From Felis catus (taxonomy: Eukaryota), in the NCBI RefSeq assembly GCF_018350175.1, contig NC_058368.1, forward strand, positions 38,566,001 to 38,630,000: a DNA stretch of 64,000 nucleotides, in the 5' to 3' direction. Each line of letters opens with the position of its first letter. Positions within the stretch are counted from its first letter, which is position 1. The translations under genes and the position numbers were made by a program. The notes under the pieces are model-generated. The model made no database searches. It was not told the origin of the DNA and saw only the letters and a list, made by a program, of their open reading frames with translations. This document shows positions 24,959-38,959 of the stretch, piece by piece.

Positions 24959-25836
24959 TGTATCATATATATATTTTAAAGAATCCATTGTTTGATGTCT
25001 ACATCATGTTTCCTGAGTTGCCATGAGATGCTGTTCTTTTCCCTTTGGGTCTGGTAAGAAAAAACAAAGTCATTATCTAATCCAAATAGAAGGCAAGGCT
25101 GTATATAATAGGACTTCCTGTTGGTACCTGTTTAAAGCACTGTGGAAAGGAAGTGTGACCATGACTATGGGTTATTTGGTTATTTGTAGGTGTATCTGTC
25201 ACATTGTAGCACATGTTAAGAAATGCCATTTTTCAGCTATAAATACTATAGTTAGAAAAAATATGGGCCATTTATATTTTTCTTAATTTTGGCCAACAAA
25301 GGACAACACTGATTTTTAAGATCTCTTTTTTGAAAGAAAATGGTACAGAGAATTTCAGACATACTGATTTAAATAAGTGGCTACCTATTTTAAAACCAAT
25401 GTAAACATAAACCTCACAGTATGGTTTGGAGCCAGAAGACAAAACTTATGAAAACTTTCAGTGCAGATGAAGTAATTGTTAGAGATGAGATGAACTTCTA
25501 TTGTCTCTGAGAATGGGACAAGGAGCTGATCCCACACTGATGTGTCTGAAAAGGATCTAGGAAGTCTAGTGGGAACATTTTAGAGCTGGGCAAGTGCTGA
25601 AATTACTGGAAAGGAAATTAAGGAGCTTCTTTTAGGTATTAAGATTCTTCTTAGGCTAGCAGTTGTCCTGAAGTCATTACTCGGTGAAGATTTCCAGATT
25701 ATGTTTTGAGAATTCTCTATGTGAGCATTACTTTAGATTTATTTTTGGAAAAAAAACCCAAAACTATAATTTATTTACATTTTATCTCTTAGAATTTTGA
25801 CATCTATTTTTCAAACCAATAATTAATATGCCTTTT

Positions 25837-25995
25837 TTTTCTTAAGTTTTTATTTAAATTCCAGTTGGTTAACATACAGTGTACTATTGGTTTTGGATGT
25901 AGAATTTAGTGATTTATCACTACATACAATGACCCAGTAGTCATTACTTGTGATTGCCCTCCTTACCCCATCACCCATTTAACCTATCTCCCTGC
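25837..25995 (-). mobile_element. Carnivore L1 3' end fragment
   Basis: Reverse 3' UTR; TSD taatatgcctttt (25824-25836 / 25996-26008). Confidence 0.9.
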
Positions 25996-26539
25996 TAATA
26001 TGCCTTTTAATAAAGTAAATATTTGTGAAGGTAGTATTGGAATTTAATTATAAACTTAAGCATGCATCCATTTTTGAAGTTATGAGAGAGAAAAGTTAAT
26101 GCAAGTTCTTTGAGTATGTGTAGCAATCGCAGACTACCAGAGTGGACTTCCTCATCTGCCAGTGATAGTTCGCAAATCACAAGCAAGATGCTTCTAAATT
26201 AGTCCAGATTGACTTAAAGCTTTAGAGTAGAAGAGATGAATTAGCATTGAGTATACAGATTTTATGGCATTGACTGCATGCTGAAGTCTAATGAGAATTG
26301 TTGAATGGGAAAATACGAGAAACTAGAATCATTTAAAATTCAGTTTTGATATCTAGTAAGATTCTGTAAAGTTATTTCCTTTGTCATTATGCTGAAAAAA
26401 ATCATGTGGGCATACAGGGATGTATGCATGTTCTTAATAATTGAGCTTTAACTTGTATTCTTATATTTTCCTTGGCTTTAACATTCAATAGAATGAGCAA
26501 GATAAATTCAACACAGAAAACTTTGTTGCTTTTCTGGAC

Positions 26540-27002
26540 ATCTACTTTATTGCAACATTGGACGTCTACTTTGTCCCATTGTACCCCATTCTCCGGTTCG
26601 TTTTTCCCGTCTTTCAGAATAGGTTTTCTGACTCTCCTGGCTTTCAGATGACTTTAGACAATGGTTAGCCCCAAGGATTAGAGAGGTAGAAATAAAGTTG
26701 ATATTCCTGAGTATTCCTTCTGAGAAGTCATTGTGGTATTGTCCTCCTCCTTAGACCAGTGTTTAATTTGGTACAGCCCATGTCAGTTGATCTTTGACCT
26801 TTTCGTATACAGCTTCACATAACTGTTCCTTCTACTTCTTTAATCATAAGAGTGGGACTATATTCTACAGGTAGTAACCATAGGATACTACATTATCTCT
26901 TGTGGTTTCCCAATGCTGTATACTTCTATGAAAATCTTTTTATGAGTTTTGCTCCATTGTACCATTTGATCCTCTGTTTCCTGATAAGATCCCGATTTAT
27001 GC
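26540..27002. mobile_element. Possible old ERV-L LTR (LTR16/LTR33-like)
   Basis: 'ctcctggctttcagatgactttagacaatgg' and terminal 'ctgtttcctgataagatcccgatttatgca' resemble these families. Confidence 0.4.
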
Positions 27003-27767
27003 AGCCAGTTACTATCATTTGAAACAACATAAATTTTCTTTACAAGGAGGAAACCCCTTGCTGATGGTGTAGAAAGATAGTTACTAATCAGTGCTTATGA
27101 TTTGAATCGTGCAGATTTTGTTAGGATAATTTGTATCAGAATTTTAAGGCTTTCTCTGGTCTTATGCCAAACATACATGCTTTTATCTTTCATTTTAATA
27201 TATTCAGATATTTCCCTATATTGAGAATAGGGCAGCTTGGATACTTCATGAGGTCAGTGAACTTACTCTGTTGCTTGGCATACATGCATTTTCAGACCCC
27301 ACGACTTTTCCTGGGACATAAATTTACACAAGCAAAGAAAATATCCATTCTAAGAAAAAAAATGTAAGGGTTTTGCTTACAATGCTGAAAGCCTTGATTC
27401 AGCTACTCACATAGAAATATGGAAATAATGGAGGAGAAATTAAAACTTTAAATTTGCATAAAAGGAAAGAAACATGTTTTGGAGGGCATGCACTTTTTGA
27501 AGAAATAATCTTGTCTAAAGCATTGGGTTTGTGAAATTGTTTTAAGCCCTTACATTATTTTGGTTTTAAAGTGTTACTTTCCTTGAAGGCAAGACTTCCA
27601 GTATACTTAGGAATGTACTATATATTAAATCTCTGGGCTATTGCGAAATGCAGAATACTATTAAATCTTTGTTTAGACATTTGTATCTGCTTACTTTGTT
27701 GTCCTGCCATTTATTTTGTCAGTACAGTCATATCATTTTCTTTTTTCTTCCCTTTGTATTCAACCAG

Positions 27768-28115
27768 TGTACTAGGTAAGATATAGGTAGATGCCATAAC
27801 AGATGCGTCTTGAAATTGGGTGGTTTTACACAATAGAAACTTATGTCTCACTCAAATTAAGTCCAACTCTAGGGATAATGTGACAGTGGGACCTTTCTTT
27901 ATGTAGTTATTCAGTGGCCCAGGTTGATGAGGTCCTACAAGTGATTACATATTAGCTGTATTATGAGGTTAGGCCAATCAGTGGTGGACATTATTCTATT
28001 CAAATTTCATTGGCCTGAACTCATTAACACACTAACTTCAAGGGAATCTTAAAAAAAAAAAAAAGGACTTATGTGCCTAAAAAACCAAAGAAATAGGTTT
28101 AGGAAGAGCTTGCCA
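27768..28115 (-). mobile_element. Old MaLR LTR (MLT1I/J-like)
   Basis: 'ggttttacacaatagaaacttatgtctcactc' and 'atttcattggcctgaactca...taacttcaaggga'. Confidence 0.55.
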
Positions 28116-28410
28116 ATTTGTTAAAATCAGTCCTCGTTCAATTTGACCCTTAGTATCTTTGGTTGATAACATCTAAATCTCTTAAACTGTTCTACAGCCA
28201 TTGGTCTCCAGACTATGCTCTCTGCACTGTTTTGCAAACACCCATATTTTTTTAGACAAAATTATTCACCCTCCTTAGTAAATAATTTTAAGGCTTACCT
28301 GTCTCTACTGAACAAATTCAAAACTTAACTAATATGTAAACAAGGTTTTACACTGAGTGGAAATGCCTTGTGTGCCAGCAATGTGTCAGAAATGTTTTCA
28401 GCAATAGAGC

Positions 28411-28587
28411 AGAGTAGGGAGGGAGCCAAAACATAAGAGACTCCTAAAAACTGAGAACAAACTGAGGGTTGATGGGGGGTGGGAGGGAGGGGTGGGTGGG
28501 TGATGGGTATTGAGGGCACCTGTTGGGATGAGCCCTGGGTGTTGTATGGAAACCAATTTGACAATAAATTTCATAAAAAAAAAAAAG
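28411..28587 (+). mobile_element. Young felid L1 3' UTR fragment
   Basis: Nearly identical to the 3' UTR of the full-length L1 at 59518-59690; poly(A) tail. Confidence 0.95.
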
Positions 28588-29114
28588 ACCAACCTAGCTA
28601 AAACCTGAATCAGATAGCAGTTGCACATTGAGTTAGAAGACAGATAATATTGTATACATAATGTGACATTTTCTGTTAAACTGCTAAGGATAAAATCCTT
28701 TGGAATCTTACATATGCAGAAGTTGGGAACCATCACCCTAAGGATGATTAGGGTTTGCCTGGTAGAAAAAAAAAATAAAGGACATTTCCTGGTAGAGGGG
28801 AAAAACACACTGTAAATCACTGATTTCCTTAAATAATTCCTCTCAAAGACATGGGGATAGATTACTACCAATAAGGGAGAAAGATTATATGTTTTATAGT
28901 TATATAATAGAAAGGTCCTACTGTATGTAAATGCTGACTGACATGTGTCAATAGTTCTGTTTTATGTGGTATAAAGAAAAGTTTAACATGCTGTATCTTT
29001 CTCAACCCACTGTCCCTATTTTCAAATTACTAGCATTTAGAGAAGTTATCTATCTTTGCAGAAAACAAAGGTATCTGAGAATTTGTGCTTTTTTTGGAAG
29101 TGTCTTTTAAAAAA

Positions 29115-29358
29115 AATTTTTTTAATGTTTTTATTTATTTTTTTTTTTAATTTTTCAACGTTTATTTATTTTTGGGACAGAGAGAGACAGAGCATGAACG
29201 GGGGAGGGGCAGAGAGAGAGGGAGACACAGAATCCAAAGCAGGCTCCAGGCTCTGAGGTGTCAGCACAGAGCCCAACCTGGGGCTAGAAGGCAGGACTGT
29301 GAGATCATGATGTGATCTGAAATCGGACTCTTAACAGACTGAGCCACCCAGGCGCCCC
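29115..29358 (-). mobile_element. Can-SINE with a double tail
   Basis: TSD tggaagtgtctt (29095-29106 / 29360-29371). Confidence 0.95.
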
Positions 29359-29884
29359 ATGGAAGTGTCTTAATGAAAAATTTCCAATGGTCAAAAGGTA
29401 TTTAATGAACAATGGGCATTTTAAAAGCAGGTTTGAAAAGGTAGGATGAGTGGTGGGAGGACTTGCCCTCCAGGGAAGATTTGACCTGCAGTCTAAAGAA
29501 ACTTGAGCCTAAAACAGCCCAATAGAGGGTGGGTGGTGTGTGGGAAAGAGGGAGAGGGAGGACAGTGAGGGAGAAGGGAATGGGGTATGGAGATCTGGAA
29601 TATCTGTGTAGGTTAAAACTGAAAAGAATTTAGGAGGTTTAGCTTGAAAATACCTAGATAGTTGGAAAAACTACCGGCTAAGGGACATTTGAGGAATGAA
29701 GGACCATGAGCTTTAAAAGGTGGTATGGAAATCAAGTAAATTGTATCAACTTATGTCCCTATTGCCTGAGGCATGTATAAACTCAAGGAGGAAAAGAAAT
29801 ACATCTAAAACCCTGAGTTCAGTTAATATATTTTAGTTATTTAAGAGCAGTTTTAGGTCCTAGGCGTGACCAAGAGGCACTTTT

Positions 29885-30120
29885 TATTTTATTTATTTTT
29901 TTATTTAAAAAAAATTTTTTTTAACGTTTATTTTTGAGACAGAGAGAGACAGAGCATGGACAGGGGAGGGGCAGAGAGAGAGGGAGACACAGAATCTGAA
30001 ACAGGCTCCAGGCTCTGAGCTGTCAGCACAGAGCCTGACGCAGGGCTCGAACCCACGGACCGTGAGATCATGACCTGAGCCGAAGTCGGACGCTTAACCA
30101 GCCTAGCCACCCAGGCGCCC
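29885..30120 (-). mobile_element. Can-SINE
   Basis: TSD caagaggcactttt (29871-29884 / 30121-30134). Confidence 0.97.
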
Positions 30121-30424
30121 CAAGAGGCACTTTTAAAGTGGAGGTACACTAGTATTTTTTAGCGCTCTCTTCTCCTTCCCACCATGCATATATGTGTCCT
30201 TCATTCATTTCTAGGCCAACTTCATGACACATTCCCACTTGAATCTTAATGTGTAACTGAGTCTTAAAGTTTACTTCCTACCCACATAACTTAGGATGAA
30301 ACTTAGATACCAACTAAGATATATGGATTTTTGATAGGAGACTCCACTTAAGTGAGATCGGTATTTCTTGCTGAGATAGCTTCGTTGGTTCAACACAATC
30401 ATTGGGAAGCTCCAATTTTGTTTT

Positions 30425-30646
30425 TTTTTTTTTAATTTTTTTTTCAACGTTTATTTATTTTTGGGACAGAGAGAGACAGAGCATGAACGGGGATGGGGCA
30501 GAGAGAGAGGGAGACACAGAATCAGAAACAGGCTCCAGGCTCTGAGCCATCAGCCCAGAGCCTGACGCGGGGCTCGAACTCCCGGACCGCGAGATCATGA
30601 CCTGGCTGAAGTCGGACGCTTAACCGACTGCGCCACCCAGGCGCCC
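30425..30646 (-). mobile_element. Young felid Can-SINE
   Basis: CpG-intact body; TSD ctccaattttgtttt (30410-30424 / 30647-30661). Confidence 0.97.
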
Positions 30647-31019
30647 CTCCAATTTTGTTTTCAATAACAGATTTGTCTTTTAATTTCGTATATAAACAAT
30701 ATTTGTCTCTTTTAGAAAAGACTTATACATAGAAACAAGTTGAAAATAAAAAAAAAAAACACATCTTAATACCCAGAAAAATATCTCAATTTTTTTATTG
30801 AATTGTTTTTATTCTTTTTTAACTTGTTTTAATTTTTATTTAAATATCTCTCAATTTTAAGACATTTTCCATGTCTGAGTGCCTTCCTCATTATATGCAT
30901 TTAAAAACTACAATCAACTGTCTTTACATAATGTTTTAATTAAATTATGTTATATCCACCCTATATTCTACTGTGTAAATACATTTAACTTCATAATGTA
31001 TTTTAGTATTACTATGAGA

Positions 31020-31285
31020 TTCAATAATTTGTATTCCCCAGAATTTACTAATCCACATTATTGATCATTATTTTGTAAATATTTTTATCGTTATGAATAA
31101 TAACCTGGTTAACATTATTTTAGCTAAATATTTATGCATATCTTCATTTCCTGAGAAAAAATTCTAGATGAGTTTCTGAGGCTAAGTGTATGCATAACTT
31201 CTTGCATTTGATTCATAGTCTCAGATTTCCCTTTAGGAAAGTTACACACATTTACAAATCTCACAGGCAGTGTTTGAGGGTAACT
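31020..31285 (-). mobile_element. Ancient L1ME-type fragment
   Basis: 'ctaagtgtatgcat...gaaagttacacacatttac...ggcagtgtttgagggt' resembles reverse L1ME 3' ORF2/UTR. Confidence 0.55.
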
Positions 31286-32953
31286 ATCTTTGCATTTAGT
31301 TGTAATCTTTGAATAAATGCATTTTAAATTCTCGATCTACAACATCTCCATTGCAAGATGTGAATAATTGTTTAAGTATCCTGCCACACACTCATTGGTT
31401 TGAATAATTATGTCAACACTCCTGCTTTGTTTGTACTAGGGAAATAATGCTGTGTTTTTCCATTGGTTAATATTTTATAAGGCTGAATGAGATTATCCAA
31501 AAACCTGCAAGGGCATTTCTTAGAAAATACAGGAGCTTCACAGGAAAACGTGGCTATCTCAGTAGGCTGTACTGATTTACACTAAACCAGAGACTAGGGT
31601 GCTAGTCTGAAGAACAAAATGTGGCATATTAGGAAAGAACAAACATTCTCCAAAGTGTTTTTCACATAATAATGAATTTTATTCATTAATTCAAATTTAT
31701 TTTGATATCTTACTGTTTTCATAAGTAATTATTTTTAATTTCTAAGGAAATAATAAATCCATGAAGCCAAAGCTCATCTCTCTAGTTTGCTTTTGAATAC
31801 TTTTTTCTTTTTAAAAATCGTAATAAAATTATTTGATGTACAATTTCAAGAGATGGATGAAAAGTTTTCTGACTACTTAGGTATATTTCACATAATGGGA
31901 ACTATTCATAGAGAGGTTCTTTTGCCCAGATTACAAGAGACCTTTCATAAAAATTGATAATGTATAGATCATTGAACTACTTTTTTGTGATAAATTGTTT
32001 GTTTAATAAGATATTATGAAACATGTAGTTAAAACCATGGGAGATTAAACATTAATCGAATAGAATATAGCCCATCCCTGCTCATGTACACATTCACTCA
32101 ACTGTTAAGTTCTTGTCTGTCATATAAGATCGGAATGTTCTTCATGGCACTGTTTTCCATGAAAAGGAGTATGATGGGATGGAAGGAAGGTGAACTAATT
32201 ACAGGCATGGTTTGTCCTTTGAGTAATAACTCTATCCCCAGCCTGCAGGGCCTGTCACTATTTGTAGCACTGCCTCCTAGTCTTGACAGTCCAAATGCAA
32301 CTTGTGCTAAAAAAGAGCTGCACTACCTCTCATTTTTAGAATGCTGGTGCTTAAAATTTATCAATTTCTGTCATCTCCAAAGTATTGACAGGGATATTGT
32401 CATTTTCTCTATTATTCTATTTAATGATTTTAATATTTAATATGAAACAACAACAATTAAAACAAAAGTGGAAACCTATACAGCTATTCCCTCATTAGAG
32501 TTAGGCTATTCAAGAACTTTATTAATTTAACTTACATAACAATTTGCTTAACATTTGTTCATTTCAGGGACATACACAGGAAATAACCTGACAGTAAAGA
32601 CACCCACATTTTTTATTTATTCATCAGTTCATACTGTCACACATGCCCCTCCAGAGCTCTCAATCATAAGTGATCAACACTTGCCAATGTAATACTATCT
32701 GTCATTTGAAATGAAGGTTCCTAAAGTTGCCTTTTTCTTTGTAACTAGACTCAAATGCAACTTTCACTTGAGGAATAGAACTTTATTTCTGTATCAGAGT
32801 CTATTGGAAATGAGACTCGAGGAGTCATATGGATCAGGACTCAGAAATGTGAAGACAGATAATGTTGGGTGTAATCCTCTATTAAAGTGGACACTAATAT
32901 GTAAAATACCAGCCTTTTTTAAGTGGTTACATTGTGTTCTCCAGAGTTAATGG

Positions 32954-33021
<68 letters not shown>
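32954..33021. repeat. (A)17(TA)n microsatellite
   Basis: Directly visible. Confidence 0.95.
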
Positions 33022-33025
<4 letters not shown>

Positions 33026-34960
33026 AACACATGTGAAACTGCATCAAACAACTGATTTTTTCAAAGAATTCACTAATTTAACTGAGGATTCCTTTAGGGT
33101 AACAATCTTCAGACCTTTTTAATTCTCACATTACTGAAATGAAACATGAACATTCCCTCATCACTACTATTCTACTTTATACCTCTTTACCTCCACAAGG
33201 CTGCATGAGCCAATTATTTGAGTCAATTGACAGGGACGATGAAAGATGCCTGAACTCTAGATTGAATTACTTTTCTGTCAGGATTGTATGCATTCCTGTC
33301 TAGAGATTAATTTACAAATTAAAAACTAAATTTGGAGAGAAAATTATTGGCTATTAATGTGTAGTGATTTGCTGAGAAAATAACATTTTTTTGCAATTTA
33401 AAAATTTATGTCATAGTTGGATAACAAGCCCTTAGCCCCAATTTGTACTCCTTACTCCTATCATCTGACAACCCTGCATTTGATGTCTTTAATGTAAACC
33501 AGACATACACAAATTTTATTGGTAGCCCAGCCAAATCTGTTCTACATAATGGAATTCGTTACCATTTCAACATTTTTTTTTTCTTGTAGTCTCCAGTAAT
33601 GCTCTAGACCTATGTCCAACAAAATAGTTAAAGAGTAAAATTGAATGGATTTCATTAAATATCTGGTAAATAATTCAGGATATATCTAGGTTGCAATACT
33701 AAATCGAACAAATTCAGTATTTTGTGTGACTGATACAGTCATACATGTATAGATTTGCCATTCTTTGCTGTGTGTTTTATAAATATGTTAGTATAGACTT
33801 TGAATAACCGAAAGACTTGAAAAATGACAGAAGTTGCTGTAGTAAAATTAGTCAGAAAATGATTGAAACTTCCACAATACACTGTCCTAAAACTATGATC
33901 AGGAATTAAAAGAAACTTACTGTCTGGTTGAAATTGTAAAAGAGGGTTTGTGGACCCCACAAATCTAAGCACTTCTCTGAAACTTGCATGAATTGTGCAT
34001 TAAAAAATTAGAGAATGGTGATTTTTAAGACCTTACTTTGTTGTTAGGGTTACTTGTAACCTTAAAACATCAAACAATTTGAATCTGGAGCAATGAAATC
34101 TCAGAACATCTGTTCTGGGAGAGAGAAGAATCTGTTATTTTGGTGATATTTTTCAAATTTGTAGTTAAACTACAAATTAAAAAAATATTTCTTTAAATAC
34201 ACTGATGCTTATCACTTTTTTCTTTGATTTTCAAGTCTATGATATTTTCATTTTTACATCCTCTAGTTTTGATAAGAATCTTGATTTTTTTTTTATTAAG
34301 AATCACTTTTTGCCTATTTTACAGAAATTATTTGGCCTCTTGAAATAATTGTAAAATTTGCTATATTTGGATAACAATATACACTATGGCAAAAATGATC
34401 TAGTAAGGGGTTTAACTGAAACAAGTTGGTTGATTTGTAATAATGGACGCTTAATGTTGCCAGAGAGAAGTACATCAGCCTAATATTTACTATTAGATAA
34501 TCTTATAGAGATGTTAACCTAATACCAACATGAAAGAAAAACGTCTAAGGAATTCAGCAACAAACAATATACAGGTACCACAGTAAGGTTTCTACTGTTG
34601 AAAATAAATGTGAGTATTCTAAATTCAAGATTATGCATGTACACTGAGTATAACTTTGAGAGCAAAAATACACTAGGAGTACAAGATGTTAAAATCCAAA
34701 TATTTGAATGGAACTGAGCAGTCTCTTTGTTGTCTATTACCCTTGAGAAAACTTTCCTTCATTATATAACAAACATTCTATGCTGGCTGTATTGAATAGT
34801 AATAGAAAGTTTCAGAAATGTAAGTTGAATGATTTATTTGGCTACTACAAAACCTAACAGAAGCAATTGGCCTATATATATATATTTTGTCATGTAGTTC
34901 CTGGCCATTTTCAAATAAGTTCCCATGCTTTATTAAATGTTGAGGAAGAATAAAACACAG

Positions 34961-34997
<37 letters not shown>

Positions 34998-35200
34998 CAT
35001 ATATATATATTTCTATATAACCTATATATAAACTATAATAAATATAAACATATGAAATATACTTGTATATATATAAAATTTTAAATATATAAAAATTATA
35101 AATATATAAAAATTTATAAATATATAAAATATATATCATTTACATATAAATCATATGCTTATATATTATAGAATTCAAAGTTTATATGTATACTTAGTAT
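34961..35200. repeat. (TG)n followed by AT-rich low-complexity sequence
   Basis: Directly visible. Confidence 0.9.
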
Positions 35201-37235
35201 ATTTTATCAAATTAGAAATAATACCAGATTAATAACAATAATTATAATAAATCTAAGAAATTATCTTTAACCTAAAACAGCTAAGTAGTATGCTTATGCA
35301 TAAATTCCAATTTTTGGTGAATTATGTACCTTAACAGACTTGTGAAATAGAATAACTCTAGGATAGACTTTGGTTTTCTGAAAGAAGAAAAAACTATGAG
35401 TAGATGGACAAAACTGTGTATTACATTTAAAGTAGGAAGAATGTCTGGAAATGGTATAGAGGTCTAAAGTAGAACTCGGTGGAGATCTTATGTCTGTGTT
35501 TTGGGAAGGTGTATGTAAATAAAGATGATTTTGGTAAAGATTGGCCAGTTATACAAATAAAATCCAGCCAAGGTTAGTCTTAGAGAAACTAAGAAAATAG
35601 AAGTATCATGAATGAGGACTGTAAACAATGTCAAATGTGATTGATATTCTTTATGAGTTATTTATGATATTGGGGAAATGTGGCTTACTGGAAAGTTGTG
35701 AGTGGGGGACAGATTGCAGTTAAAGGATAAAAGGTGAGATTTAGTCAGGGGATGAGTTAGTATAGTTGGGGCATAGTAATGGCGAGGGTAACCTACTTTT
35801 CCTAAAACTTTTGCAGTAAAATATTTTGAGGTAAATGGTAGATGCAGGGGGAATATTGAAGTTTCTGGGAATATTTTATTTTTTTGTGGCTGATGTTTTT
35901 TCAAATGGGTAGAATTGAGAAGAATATTGGGATATTGAATTGAAATTGTCAGAGGAGAGAACCAGAAGGTTTAGACCATGGCAATAAGTTTTTGATAGAA
36001 TGATGAAATGGTATTGAAAATCCAAGGAGATGAATTTATACAGAAGGAGTACTAATAATTTCAATGAGTACTAATAATTTCAATGCATGTTATAGCGTGG
36101 TGAAAAAAGTAATTTCAATATGATTGAAATAAAGGAGAAAATATTTATGGAAGCAGCTGAATGTATATACTATGTGTAAGAAGAGTATAGAATTTAATTG
36201 TATTTTTCAATGAAGTAGGAAAATATCACCTGCAAAGAGAGGGGTGAATTGTCAAGTGAAGAATTGAAGCAATATGGATGCCTTGAAATTGCTAACGTGG
36301 TAAATATGAGTGAAATTTTACTATGAAACATTGGGCCAATAGGGAGAAATCAGTGAACAAAGAAATAATACTGAAATATAATTGTTTCCTATTTTATCTC
36401 TCTTCCAACAATTAAATCATAGAATGATCTTGCTTTTTGAATTGTTTTTATTAAATATCAAGCTCTATGAAATCAAAGAATGGAACACGATTATCATTAA
36501 AATTGGTACAATATTGCCACTTTAGTGATTAGCAAATTCTTTATAGATTGAAAATAAATTGACATATAAACAATAGCTCTCAATTTGGCAAGCAATTGCC
36601 AATGATTGTGACATCCGTAATGGTAGGAAACAGTAGTGAGAGACTGAGGAGTTTAAATTTGAAATTTCAGATGTACTTTTCTGGATCAAAAGAAAATCTA
36701 GTGGTCTTGTCAGCGAATGGCTTAAGCAAAAGGGACTGTCATTCTAGGTGATGACGGAAAGGAACTTGCAAGTTTTAATAGCATATTTCTTCCACAAATA
36801 CATGACTATTATACCAAAGAGTGGTTGGACACATAAGTAAAACCTATGTAATACAAGAGAGTCCATGATTTAATAGATAATAAGGAAACAAAGCATCATT
36901 TTTGACTTGTGAAATACTCAGAAAAGTTGAAAATCAGGCTGATTTGGAAAGTAAGAAAAAACACAATGCATGTTATGGATCACTTAGGTACTTCTAGTGA
37001 TGCAGAACATTAAAGAAGGGGAGAAGATAAGAGAAACAAAACAAAAATGATAGCTTGAAAGGCAGTAAGTTATGCGTATGAGAGAAGGTATAGCCTAGTA
37101 AGACAAAATAAAATGAAATATGAGAAAATATTTTTTAGACTAAAACATAAAGGGACTTTAGAGAATTTCTGATGTAATACCAACTGTTAATCATTAGATA
37201 GCTGAAAACATGCCAGATGCCATGGTAAGAAATTT

Positions 37236-37415
37236 GCATTTATTAAATAATCCACTTCTTGCACAAGTCCTCTAAGCATTTTTATACTTTACAGATGAGG
37301 AAACTAATGTTTGAAGTAATTAGATGATTCCCTCAAAGTTTTAAAAATATAATGTAAAATTGGGGATTCAACCTTGCCTGCCTGACTCCGAAGCAAAAGT
37401 GCTTAGCATTCCCCA
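37236..37415 (-). mobile_element. MIR relic
   Basis: 'tttacagatgaggaaact' core and 'gggattcaaccttgcctgcctgactcc'. Confidence 0.75.
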
Positions 37416-37749
37416 CTATAATTTGTCTATAATTAAAATGCTGTGCTCTTAATAGGCTAGAATATGGACTAAAGAGATAAATATTTGGCATGATAAGTTA
37501 TATAAATATAACAAATTCACATAAATTATAACCTCTGTAGTAGAATAAAGGAAAGGCAAATTTGCATGTGAGAAAGGAGTATTGAAGACTAACAAAATTG
37601 ACAAGAACAAAAATGACATTTTACATGAAATGGAACTGCTAAATACCATGTTCAAATTAAAAAGGCAAATTAAAGATCTAACTAATGTGATTATCTTAGT
37701 TTGAATTCTTATGGGAGCGGATTTTAAGAGAAAAATTTGAATGCAAATA

Positions 37750-38498
37750 TTTATTTTGGACACCGGTCTACCTCTTTTTTTCCCATGGGAAAGTTGGAAG
37801 TGGGGATTTTCATCTTTAACTGTTCTGTGCTGAGCCATGGAGAGGGCTATGGTGACTGGCTAGTTCAAAATGGGTATGTCCCTCCACCCCCTGCCACCCC
37901 CAACATTGGCTTCCAGGAAGTTTAGAATTTGCTAGCTTCCATTACCACTCTGAGATAGGCTAGGTCAGTCCTCTGGGCAGCTTCCATAAAAGTTGGGGCA
38001 TTGGATGCATGGTCTGCCCTTTGCCCTTTCCAGGGAAAAGTTGGGAGTTGGAGTTTTTCCCTCAGTATTCTTTACTGGGCCTGCAGGAAGAGCTCTGGCA
38101 ATTGTATCCAATCTGCCATCTTTGCACTCTGCCCCAGGTGGCTAGAGTGTGCCTCTTCTGTTAGTATTCTGAAGCAGACAGGGCAGAAGGCAGAAGAGCT
38201 GGAACTGTTGACTCATGGTCCAACTCTTGCCCTCCCCAGGAAAAAGTTAAGAGCTACGGGTTTCCTCCATTAAATGGTTATCCATTAAATGGTGCTGTGC
38301 CATGGATAAAGATTATGGCAAGAAGATTGCTCAGATTTCCCTGCTGGCCTTTTATGTAGCTGTTTTATGCTTGACTAGGCTGCAGGAGTCTCTTAGCTAG
38401 TTTTTGGATTTCTCACAAAGGGAACTTATCTGTTGTTGAATTGTTGGATTATAGGGGTTATGTGGGTCTAGGGCTTCCTATTCTGTCATCTTGCTGAT
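37750..38498 (-). mobile_element. Old L1 5' UTR fragment
   Basis: GC-richer block ending gggcttcctattctgtcatcttgctgat, the reverse of an L1 5' end (caagatg.cagaatag). Confidence 0.55.
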
Positions 38499-38613
38499 AT
38501 TGCTTCCTAAGCACTATTATTTAAAGCCAACTGAAATCGTTAGTCCCTTGACCAGATCTTATCCTGAAGTTTTTCAGCATTTCTCTTCAATTTATTTTAC
38601 TTTTCTTCAAAAT

Positions 38614-38700
38614 GGGGTCACCTGGCTGGTTCAGTTGGTAGAACATCTGACTCTTGATCTCAGGGCCATGAGTTCAAGCCCCACATTGGGCATGGAGCCT
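38614..38700 (+). mobile_element. Short older Can-SINE (tRNA-like head only)
   Basis: A box (tggttcagttggtag) and B box (gagttcaagcc); its tail is the insertion site of a second SINE. Confidence 0.8.
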
Positions 38701-38708
38701 ATTTATAA

Positions 38709-38909
38709 TTTTTTTTTAAGGTTTATTTTTTGAGACAGAATGTGAGTGGGTTAGGGGCAGAGAGAGAGAGGGAGACACAGAAGAAGAAGCAGGCTCCAGG
38801 CTCCCAGCTGTCAGCACAGAGCCCGATGCGGGGATTGAACTCATGAGCTGTGAGATCATGACCTGAGCCGAAGTCGGATGCTCAACTGACTGAGCCATCC
38901 AGTTGCCCC
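38709..38909 (-). mobile_element. Can-SINE nested in the tail of the preceding SINE
   Basis: TSD tggagcctatttataa (38693-38708 / 38911-38926). Confidence 0.95.
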
Positions 38910-38959
38910 TTGGAGCCTATTTATAAATATCTAGTATTCATTTTATACTTTTATCATTT

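Noticed and set aside
28398..28871. 157-aa minus-strand ORF
   Set aside because: Runs through an L1 3' UTR and poly(A); non-ATG start and no recognisable protein features
36047..36084. Short tandem duplications (also 38266-38293, 50690-50751, 62552-62587, 63157-63192) as a CRISPR-like or functional array
   Set aside because: Two copies each, unrelated to one another, no spacers; ordinary slippage duplications in mammalian DNA
38614..38690. tRNA gene
   Set aside because: The A and B boxes belong to a tRNA-derived Can-SINE head; the cloverleaf is not intact
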